From Acidimicrobiales bacterium (GTDB lineage: Bacteria > Actinomycetota > Acidimicrobiia > Acidimicrobiales > Bog-793): a DNA stretch of 64,000 nucleotides. Numbering within the stretch: the stretch's first letter is position 1; each line of letters begins with the position of its first letter. The DNA lies in NCBI GenBank assembly GCA_049523315.1, contig JBEKMZ010000005.1, forward strand, positions 10,179 to 74,178, written 5' to 3'. The notes beneath the pieces are model-generated. The model was not told the DNA's origin and ran no database searches. It saw nothing but the letters and a program-made list of their open reading frames with translations. Shown here one piece after another: positions 56,624 through 64,000 of this stretch. Position numbers and translations under genes: made by a program.

Positions 56624-57573
56624 CGAGGTTCGTGTTGAAGCGTCTCGGCTACGCGCTCCTGACCTTGTTCATCCTGAGCCTCATTGTCTTTTTCGCCGGC
56701 CGGGTCGTACCCGGAGACCCGGGGCGTTCCATCCTCGGGCCTTTTGCTCCGGAAAGTGCGGTCCGCGTGCTGGACCACAAGCTGGGAGTTGACCGGCCCC
56801 TAGTCACTCAGTACTGGACCTGGGTGTCCAGTTTCCTGCGCGGCAACATGGGCAACTCGTATCAGTACCAGACTCCGGTGCGACCGTTCATCTCCAAGGC
56901 GCTTTTCAATTCACTAAAGCTCGCCGGTGTCGCTTTTGTCATCGTGGTGCCATTGTCGATCCTCGCCGGCGTGGTCGCGGCGCTCTTTGCCGGTCGTGCT
57001 GTCGACAGGACCATCACCGTGGTCGGCCTATCGGCCTCGACGGTGCCGGAGTTCGTGTCGGGCATTGTCGTGATCATCTTGTTCGGGATCGACCTGAAGC
57101 TCCTACCGATCACCGCGGCCACGAGCCCAGGAGCCTCGGTCGTCACCCAACTGGATCACCTTCTCCTGCCCGCGGTCCCGCTCGTGCTGGTCCTGTTCGG
57201 CTACATCGCCCGCATGGCCCGCGCCGGCACGATCGAGGCGCTCGATTCCGACTATGTGCGCACAGCCTGCCTCAAAGGCCTCCCGCGGACTGTAGTCATC
57301 TTCCGCCACGTGCTGCGCAACTCGTTGCTGCCGACGATCACAGTCATCGCGACACAGATGGGCTATCTGATAGGTGGTCTCGTGGTGGTCGAGAAGATAT
57401 TCAACTACCAGGGCATCGGCGATCTCATCTACACATCCGCGCAGCAGAAGGACTTTCCCATGCTCGAAGCTGGTGTCTTGTGCATAGGCATCGTGTACAT
57501 GGTCGCCACCTTCATCGCGGACATCTTGTACACGCTGCTGAATCCGCGCATGCGTCTCGGGGGCGTCGAGTGA
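56620..57573 (+). CDS. Family-5 (Dpp/Opp-like) ABC transporter permease B
   Basis: PGDP, G.DRP..QY, EAA loop DYVRTA.LKGL, HVLRN. Confidence 0.92.
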   Translation: MTRFVLKRLGYALLTLFILSLIVFFAGRVVPGDPGRSILGPFAPESAVRVLDHKLGVDRPLVTQYWTWVSSFLRGNMGNSYQYQTPVRPFISKALFNSLKLAGVAFVIVVPLSILAGVVAALFAGRAVDRTITVVGLSASTVPEFVSGIVVIILFGIDLKLLPITAATSPGASVVTQLDHLLLPAVPLVLVLFGYIARMARAGTIEALDSDYVRTACLKGLPRTVVIFRHVLRNSLLPTITVIATQMGYLIGGLVVVEKIFNYQGIGDLIYTSAQQKDFPMLEAGVLCIGIVYMVATFIADILYTLLNPRMRLGGVE

Positions 57574-58490
57574 TCGGCCTCGGCTCTGGCGCTTTTGCGG
57601 CCTCGGTGCCGGCGGGTGCACCCGCCGGTAAGACCGGTGACTCCACTGGCGCGAGCGTGGGGAGCGCCAGACGTGCCCGTCTCCGCCAGCTCCTAGGTTT
57701 GAAGACATTCGAGGTTGGCGCGGTAGTTGTGCTTTTTTGGATCATCTGCGCGGTGTTCGGATCCTCGTTCGCGCCATACAACCCCGTGTCGCAAAACTTT
57801 CTCGCGTTCAACGCGGCACCGTCGTCCGTGCACTGGTTCGGCACTGATTACTTGGGCCGCGATGTGCTTTCGCGCGTCATTGTGGGAAGCCGCCAGATCC
57901 TGATCATCGCGCCTCTTGCGACCCTGCTCGGTACGGTGGTTGGAACAGCGTTCGGTCTTGTCATGGGTTACTTCCGCGGCATCGTCGACGTTGTTTTGAG
58001 CCGAGTTTTCGAGGCGGTCCTTGCTCTCCCGTTGTTGATCGTCGCGTTCTTGTTCGTCGCCGCGGCCGGTCCCTCTTCCGAGACGCTCATCGTCGTCATC
58101 GGTTTCGTGTTTGTCCCGCTGATAGCCCGGACGGTGCGCTCCGCGGTGCTTCAGGAACGTCAGCTCGACTATGTCGCCGCGGCGCGGCTGCGCGACGAGA
58201 ACGCCCTTTACATCATGTCCGCCGAGATCCTCCCGAACGTGCTCTCGCCGGTACTGGTTGAGTTCACGGTTCGACTGGGGTACGCGATCTTCACCATCGC
58301 GACGCTGTCGTTTCTCGGCTTCGGCGTGCAGCCGCCGACGCCCGACTGGGGGTACGACATCTCCGCCAGCTACGGCTTGATCACTGCCGGGTACTGGTGG
58401 GAGACGCTCTTTCCGGCACTAGCCATCGCGTCGCTCGTGGTGGCGGTCATCCTCGTCGCCGACTCCATCGAGACGGTGCTGGCTTCATGA
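57570..58490 (+). CDS. Family-5 ABC transporter permease C
   Basis: HWFGTD.LGRDVLSR, YVAAAR, ILPN, LSFLGFGVQPP.PDWG. Confidence 0.92.
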   Translation: MIGLGSGAFAASVPAGAPAGKTGDSTGASVGSARRARLRQLLGLKTFEVGAVVVLFWIICAVFGSSFAPYNPVSQNFLAFNAAPSSVHWFGTDYLGRDVLSRVIVGSRQILIIAPLATLLGTVVGTAFGLVMGYFRGIVDVVLSRVFEAVLALPLLIVAFLFVAAAGPSSETLIVVIGFVFVPLIARTVRSAVLQERQLDYVAAARLRDENALYIMSAEILPNVLSPVLVEFTVRLGYAIFTIATLSFLGFGVQPPTPDWGYDISASYGLITAGYWWETLFPALAIASLVVAVILVADSIETVLAS

Positions 58491-60550
58491 GCGCCGAGCC
58501 GCCAGCCGAGCTCACCTCTGAGTTAGAGCGGCAGCCTACGCTGGAAGTGGACCATGTCGGGGTCAGCTACACCGTCCGCGGCAGCGACAGGTTGGCGCTG
58601 CGCGATGTCTCGTTTCAGATCGGTCGCCGCGAGTCCTACGGGCTCGTAGGCGAGTCCGGCTCGGGCAAGTCGACCATGGCGCTCGCGCTCACGCGTTACC
58701 TTCCCCGCAACGGGCGGGTGAGCGCTGGAAAGGTAACCATCGCCGGCCAGGACCTGTTGGCGCTCAACAAGAAAGACCTCCAGCACTTTCGCGCTCGGAC
58801 CGTGTCGATGGTCTACCAGGAGCCTGGGCGCTCTCTCAATCCGTCGCTTCGCGTCGGCCGCCAGCTCGCCGAGGTATTCGAGATCCTCGGCCTCGACAAG
58901 TCGTCGGCCTACGACCAGTCCCTCGCAGCCATGGCACGAGTGCAGATCTCGGACCCGGCCCGCGTGATGCGGTCCTATCCTCACCAGCTGTCTGGCGGCA
59001 TGTTGCAACGCGTGATCATCGCAATGGCTCTAGCCTCGGAGCCTTCGCTCCTCATCTTGGACGAGCCGACGACAGCGCTCGACGCGACTGTCGAGGCCGA
59101 GGTGCTGGACCTTGTTCAGTCCCTGCGGCACGAACTCGAGATGTCGGTCCTCTTGATTAGCCACAACCTCGCTGTGATCGCCAAGATGTGCGACCGGGTG
59201 GGTGTCATGTACGCGGGTGAGCTCGTCGAGGAAGGCCCGGCGCTCAAGGTGTTCAACGAGCCTCGCCATCCCTACACCGTCGGACTCATCCGTTGCATAC
59301 CCCGGCGGGGCCAGCGCAAGGACCAAAGCCGCCTCGACACGATCCCGGGGTTCCTGCCTGCGCCCGGCGAGACCGGCACAGGATGCATCTTTGCGGCCCG
59401 CTGCGGACTCGCCGAGGAGCGTTGTCTCGCACAAGAGCCGCCCATGTACGCGCTCGGCGCGGAGCGTGGGTCGCGCTGCCACTTTCATGCCCGTGCCACC
59501 TCGCTTCCCAGAGCGGATATCGCCAACGTCCAGACGCGCTCATATGACGGGGAGGGCGCGTCGATCATCAGGCTCCGGTTGGTGTCGAAGACATACGTCT
59601 CGCGCGGTGAACGGGTGCCCGCCCTCGTGGACGTCCATCTCGACATTTGCTCGGGGGAGACGCTCGGGCTGGTAGGTGAGTCGGGTTCCGGCAAGACCAC
59701 GCTTGCGCATGTGTTGATGGGCCTGACACCTCCCGACGAAGGGTCGGCTATCGAGCTCAGTGGCATTCCACTTGCCGCTCTGGCCTCAGGTCGAACTCGT
59801 GAGCAGTTGAGGGCGTTGCAGATCGTGTTTCAGAACCCTGACTCGGCGCTCAATCGTCGTCACACGGTCCGGCAGCTGATCAGTCGGTCGCTTGCCAGAT
59901 TGGGCGGTCTACGAGGCAGGGCGCGCGAGGTCCGCCTGATGGAGCTTGTAGCTGCGGTGAGGATGGAACCGCGTCAGCTGTCGATGCGTCCCGCTCAGCT
60001 CTCCGGCGGGCTCAAGCAACGGGTGGCCATCGCGCGGGCCTTTGCCGGCACGCCGAGCGTCGTGGTTTGCGACGAGCCGACTTCCGCGCTCGACGTGTCC
60101 GTGCAGGCGGCGATACTCAACCTCTTGGCCGACCTCCAGGCCAAAGAGCAAGCGACATATCTGTTCATCTCCCATGACCTCGGTGTTGTGCGTTACCTGG
60201 CCGACCGTATCGCCGTCCTATATCTCGGACGCGTTGTGGAGATCGGTCCGGCCGAGGCCGTGTTCTCGGGCCCCCACCACCCTTATACCGAGGCCCTCTT
60301 GTCGGCGGTTCCGAGCATCGACGGTCAACTGCGCGACCGCATCCGCTTGAGCGGGGAGATCCCGAGCCCGGCAGACCCTCCATCCGGGTGCGTGTTCCAC
60401 ACCCGGTGCCCACGGCGACTGTCGAGCGGACAGTGCGAATCAGTCGAGCCACCCCTGGTCGAAGTCGAGCCCGGGCACTCTATGGCCTGCCATATCTTAT
60501 TCGATCAATTGCATCGACTACAGATTATCGATCGATATGATAGTGTTTGA
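58487..60550 (+). CDS. Fused double-domain ABC ATPase (DppD/F-like)
   Basis: Two GESGSGK Walker A, two LSGG, two DEPT, HPYT and C-terminal Cys motifs. Confidence 0.93.
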   Translation: MSAEPPAELTSELERQPTLEVDHVGVSYTVRGSDRLALRDVSFQIGRRESYGLVGESGSGKSTMALALTRYLPRNGRVSAGKVTIAGQDLLALNKKDLQHFRARTVSMVYQEPGRSLNPSLRVGRQLAEVFEILGLDKSSAYDQSLAAMARVQISDPARVMRSYPHQLSGGMLQRVIIAMALASEPSLLILDEPTTALDATVEAEVLDLVQSLRHELEMSVLLISHNLAVIAKMCDRVGVMYAGELVEEGPALKVFNEPRHPYTVGLIRCIPRRGQRKDQSRLDTIPGFLPAPGETGTGCIFAARCGLAEERCLAQEPPMYALGAERGSRCHFHARATSLPRADIANVQTRSYDGEGASIIRLRLVSKTYVSRGERVPALVDVHLDICSGETLGLVGESGSGKTTLAHVLMGLTPPDEGSAIELSGIPLAALASGRTREQLRALQIVFQNPDSALNRRHTVRQLISRSLARLGGLRGRAREVRLMELVAAVRMEPRQLSMRPAQLSGGLKQRVAIARAFAGTPSVVVCDEPTSALDVSVQAAILNLLADLQAKEQATYLFISHDLGVVRYLADRIAVLYLGRVVEIGPAEAVFSGPHHPYTEALLSAVPSIDGQLRDRIRLSGEIPSPADPPSGCVFHTRCPRRLSSGQCESVEPPLVEVEPGHSMACHILFDQLHRLQIIDRYDSV
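60501..60541 (+). promoter_or_regulatory. Putative internal promoter/operator at the 3' end of the ATPase gene
   Basis: AT-rich patch with perfect palindrome TATCGATCGATA (60526-60537) overlapping TATGAT (60536-60541). Confidence 0.4.
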
Positions 60551-60638
60551 CGAATGGATGACACCGGTGAGACGGGGGACGCTACACTCGGCGCCGACCG
60601 TGTGGTTCGAGTAAGAGCTTTCTGGTGAACAGGGGGGC

Positions 60639-62318
60639 ATGATGGGAATCGATCACGATCGGGTGGACTCCTTGCGGAAGGGTCGTAGCGAGCTCGAAAA
60701 CCACGTCATCGATGAGTTTCTAGCCGGGAGGGTGTCCCGTAGGGAGTTCCTCAGGCGGGGCAGTGTTCTTGGGATGTCCGTTCCGCTGATCGGTGCGATC
60801 GTCGGCATCCGCGGACGCCTTGATGGCATCAGGACGGAGAGGCCACGATCGACCGCTGGGGCAAGCTCGGCGAGGCTCGGGAAGGCGGGCTCAAAGATCA
60901 ACGTGGGTTCAATCGTCCCCACGGCTTCGCTCAACCCGGTCACCATCGAGGACGAAGGCGGCCTCGAGATGCTCGGCCAGACGGGCGAGTACCTCTACCT
61001 TGCCGACCAGCAAGCCGGGCTGCAGCCGGTTCTTTCCACGGGCCACACCACGAACGCGGACTCGACGGTGTGGACCGTGAACATTCGCAAAGGCGTGAAG
61101 TTCCACGACGGGACTCCGCTAACGGCCGACGATGTCGTCTACACATACAAGCTCCAAGCGGATCCCAAGGGCGATGGCAACGCCCTTTCCGTCTTCGGCG
61201 GTCTGCTCGTCCCCGACGGAGTCGTAAAGGTTGACGACTACACCGTTGCGTTCCACCTCGAGGCGCCGGACGGGAATTTCCCGTATGCCCTTTCGTCGGA
61301 GAACTACAACTGCATCATCATCCCGAACAATTACGATCCCGCCGACTGGCAGAGCTCGTTCATTGGTACGGGCCCGTTCGTGAAGACGGCCTACACCGAG
61401 AAGGTCGGCGCGTCCTTTGCTCGCAACGAGAGCTACTGGGGCAGAAAGGCCCTCCCGAGCTCCACGCACTGGACCTTCTACGACTCCGAGACGCCGATGA
61501 GCCTCGCCCTCCAGGCGGGGACGATCGACTGCCTCGACCAGTTCTCGGTTTCGGTGAGCCCGGAACTTCTCAACGGCGACTACAACGTCATCGCCTTGAA
61601 GGCCTCCACTCACCGCGAGCTGTCAATGCGTTGCGATCTCAAGCCCTTCGACGATCCGCGCGTGCGCCAGGCGATCGCGCTCACGATCAACCGGCCCGAG
61701 CTCGTGAAGGCTCTGTTCAAGGGTTACGCGCAGGTGGGCAACGACAATCCGTTCGCGCCGTTGTTCCTGTCCACAAACACGAGCGTGCCCCAGCGGGTGC
61801 AGAACATAAAGAAGGCGAAGGCGCTCCTGTCTGCGGCGGGATATCCCCATGGCTTCACGACCCACCTTTACACCGAGTCCCTCCAGGAGATGCCGGACTA
61901 CGCACAGAGCGTCAAGCAGTTCGCGGCCGAGATCGGCGTGACGATCAACCTTACGGTCGATGACTCGGACATCTACTACAGCAAGTACTGGCTCACGGGA
62001 ATAATGAGCCTGGTCGACTTCGGCGCGAGGAGCGTGCCCAACTTGTTCCTGCAGGCGCCGCTGCAAAGCACCGGTACCTGGAATGCCGCTCATTTCAAGA
62101 ACAAGACCTACGACAAGCTCTCGAACGAATACATCGCCGCGTCTGACCTGTCGAAGCAAAGGTCGATAGCAGGCAAGATCGAGACGTTGCTGCTCGAGGA
62201 GACCCCGGTCATCTACTCCTATTTCTACGACTTCCTGAGCGCAACGTCGAAGCAGGTCTCCGGGGTCTATCCGACGGCCATTGGCCACTTGTTCTTATGG
62301 GATGCCGCGAAAAGCTGA
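60639..62318 (+). CDS. Family-5 ABC substrate-binding protein, Tat-exported
   Basis: SRREFL Tat motif; R.GVKFHDG.PLTADDV, IGTGPF, PFDD.RVRQA. Confidence 0.92.
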   Translation: MMGIDHDRVDSLRKGRSELENHVIDEFLAGRVSRREFLRRGSVLGMSVPLIGAIVGIRGRLDGIRTERPRSTAGASSARLGKAGSKINVGSIVPTASLNPVTIEDEGGLEMLGQTGEYLYLADQQAGLQPVLSTGHTTNADSTVWTVNIRKGVKFHDGTPLTADDVVYTYKLQADPKGDGNALSVFGGLLVPDGVVKVDDYTVAFHLEAPDGNFPYALSSENYNCIIIPNNYDPADWQSSFIGTGPFVKTAYTEKVGASFARNESYWGRKALPSSTHWTFYDSETPMSLALQAGTIDCLDQFSVSVSPELLNGDYNVIALKASTHRELSMRCDLKPFDDPRVRQAIALTINRPELVKALFKGYAQVGNDNPFAPLFLSTNTSVPQRVQNIKKAKALLSAAGYPHGFTTHLYTESLQEMPDYAQSVKQFAAEIGVTINLTVDDSDIYYSKYWLTGIMSLVDFGARSVPNLFLQAPLQSTGTWNAAHFKNKTYDKLSNEYIAASDLSKQRSIAGKIETLLLEETPVIYSYFYDFLSATSKQVSGVYPTAIGHLFLWDAAKS

Positions 62319-62372
62319 GCGCGCGGCGCCGACGCGAGTCGCGGTCTGGGGAGGTGTCAAATCGCAGTTGAA

Positions 62373-63383
62373 ATGGCGATGGGGCTGACTGCTTCGGATG
62401 TCCCGCCAGATGGTCATGGTGCCACCGACACCGCAATCGGGCCGAGGAACCTCGACGACGAACGTCGGCGCACTATCGCGGCGTTTCTCGATCCCTACTT
62501 CGCCAGCCGCCACCGGCTCTCACCGCGTCAGCTGGGAGTCGTGACTGCGGCGGTCGCGACCAACCGCAGGCTGTGGGAAGACCTCGTCGTGGAGGATGCC
62601 GAGCAACGCTGGTACCTGCCTGTGCACCGGTCCCAGACCTGTGACGTCTGGCTCCTTGCCTGGCTGCCCGGTCAGGATACCGATTGGCACGACCATGGTG
62701 GATCGTCGGGCTCGTTCTGTGTCGCTGACGGCGCTCTCTTGGAGCACCTGCGCACCATGGGCGGCCACCGCGTGCGTACGCGCCAGCTCAATGCTTCCGA
62801 GCACGCATCCTTCGGCCCTGCGCACGTGCACAACGTCAGCCACTTCGGCGATACGCCAGCGGTAAGCGTCCATGCCTATTCACCGCCATTAGTGTCGATG
62901 ACATACTACGAGTTGACATCCGCCGGCCTGGTGGCGAACGAGACGGTAGAGGTCACCTCGCCCGAGGGCCCGCGCAGGGAACTTCGCCGCCAGCGGTACC
63001 TCCAGGGCGTGGACGATTTGTTGGCGGACGCGCGCCTGGAGATAGAGCGACTGAGCCCCAGGTCCGCCTACAGGGCCGTCTCTGCCGGCGCCGCGCTTGT
63101 CGACATCCGGCCGCTGGAGCAGCGCCGCGAGGAGGGCGAGATACCCGGCGCGGTCGTCATCGGGCGAAATGTGCTCGAGTGGCGGCTCGATCCCCGCAGC
63201 GAGGCCCGCATCGTCGAGCTAGCGCGCTACGACGCTCACATCATCGTAGTGTGCTCGGAAGGTTATGCCTCGAGCCTCGCCGCCGCGAGCCTTCGCCATG
63301 TCGGTCTCGGCCGTGCCACTGACCTAGAGGGTGGCTTCCGCGCATGGAAGGCCGCCGGCCTGCCGACTCGCCCTTGGCGATAG
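62373..63383 (+). CDS. Cysteine (thiol) dioxygenase fused to a rhodanese domain
   Basis: RWY, W.PGQ.T..HDHG, H.V, SVHAYSPPL; rhodanese LVDIRP, G.IPGA, VCSEGYASS, GGF.AW..AGLP. Confidence 0.85.
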   Translation: MAMGLTASDVPPDGHGATDTAIGPRNLDDERRRTIAAFLDPYFASRHRLSPRQLGVVTAAVATNRRLWEDLVVEDAEQRWYLPVHRSQTCDVWLLAWLPGQDTDWHDHGGSSGSFCVADGALLEHLRTMGGHRVRTRQLNASEHASFGPAHVHNVSHFGDTPAVSVHAYSPPLVSMTYYELTSAGLVANETVEVTSPEGPRRELRRQRYLQGVDDLLADARLEIERLSPRSAYRAVSAGAALVDIRPLEQRREEGEIPGAVVIGRNVLEWRLDPRSEARIVELARYDAHIIVVCSEGYASSLAAASLRHVGLGRATDLEGGFRAWKAAGLPTRPWR

Positions 63384-63430
63384 ACGACTGATCGGGTCTC
63401 GGTGCCAGCGGGGCGCCGCTCGCGGGCGGT

Positions 63431-64000
63431 TCAGTCGCCGAGTTCGACGCGCCTGCGGTTGACGTACTCCTCGAGCTCCTGGCGGACAGCCTCGTCGAGC
63501 GCGGGCTGCTCGTACTGGTCGAGGGCCTTCTCGTAGATCGCCTTCGCACGGGCGCTCGCGTCGAGAGCCCCCTGGCGTGACCAGCGCTCGAAGTTCATCG
63601 AAGACGAGAGAATCGGCCGGTAGAAGCACTCACGGAAGCGTTCCATCGTGTGGGCGGCGCCGAGAAAGTGCCCGCCGTGGCCGACCTCGAGGTGGGCGTC
63701 GAAGGCGAGCGCGGCCTCGTCGATCTCGAGCGGGGTGAACTCCACCCTCATCATCCTCAGAAGCTCGATGTCGATGATGAACTTCTCGTAGCTGCTGACG
63801 AGGCCCCCCTCCAGCCAGCCCGCCGAGTGCATGACCCAGTTCGTGCCGGCGAGGAACGTCGGCAACAACGTCATGAGGGCCTCGTAGCCTGCCTGCGCGT
63901 CCGGGGTCTGGCTCGAGGTCAGGCATCCCCCGGTACGGAACGGCAAGCCGTAGTGGCGCGCCAGCTGCCCGGTGCACAGGAGCCCGATGGCCGATTCCGG
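63431..64000 (-). CDS. Trimethylamine methyltransferase (MttB superfamily), non-pyrrolysine type; 5' part lies outside the window
   Basis: Frame open to the window edge: PESAIG..GQLARHYGLPFRTGG, PDAQAGYE, H.AGWLEGGL..SYEK, GGHFLG..HT. Confidence 0.88.
   Translation of the reverse strand, partial: PESAIGLLCTGQLARHYGLPFRTGGCLTSSQTPDAQAGYEALMTLLPTFLAGTNWVMHSAGWLEGGLVSSYEKFIIDIELLRMMRVEFTPLEIDEAALAFDAHLEVGHGGHFLGAAHTMERFRECFYRPILSSSMNFERWSRQGALDASARAKAIYEKALDQYEQPALDEAVRQELEEYVNRRRVELGD

Noticed and set aside
63431-64000. Pyrrolysine recoding in MttB
   Set aside because: No in-frame TAG in the visible part, including the Pyl-equivalent region
1-64000. tRNA, rRNA, tmRNA, IS elements or prophage
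   Set aside because: Intergenic gaps are short and show no cloverleaf or rRNA motifs; no transposase, integrase or phage structural genes recognised

Overview
High-GC window from an actinobacterium, most likely Acidimicrobiia. The taxonomic call rests on Kgd-type sucA, mycothiol amidase mca, frameshift-free prfB, a PspA-PspAA-HtpX-PspAB operon and many TANNNT leaderless starts. It holds about 51 protein-coding genes. I see no rRNA, tRNA, CRISPR array, transposase or integrase. A housekeeping core (cysH, putA, miaB, secA, prfB, ftsEX, kgd, fabZ, xth, lepB, hisN, hutI) is interleaved with accessory loci. The most striking are: (1) an RNase-like NYN/Regnase-type + S1 + histone-H1-like tail protein inside the kgd-fabZ-xth run; (2) an orphan operon of three very large type IV prepilin-like proteins (PilV/W/X-like) behind a sigma28-like promoter; (3) a subtilisin-architecture protease carrying sedolisin-type Glu/Asp catalytic residues, plus a true S53 protease; (4) putA coupled to a GSNGE-type (HOGA-like) aldolase; (5) a right-end block with MoeA-PBP, MobA-MoaD-like, DUF6457, a PabB-PabC fusion, a family-5 ABC importer, a cysteine dioxygenase-rhodanese fusion and a non-pyrrolysine MttB. 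All calls come from motif recognition by eye; no database searches were run, and start codons are best guesses.
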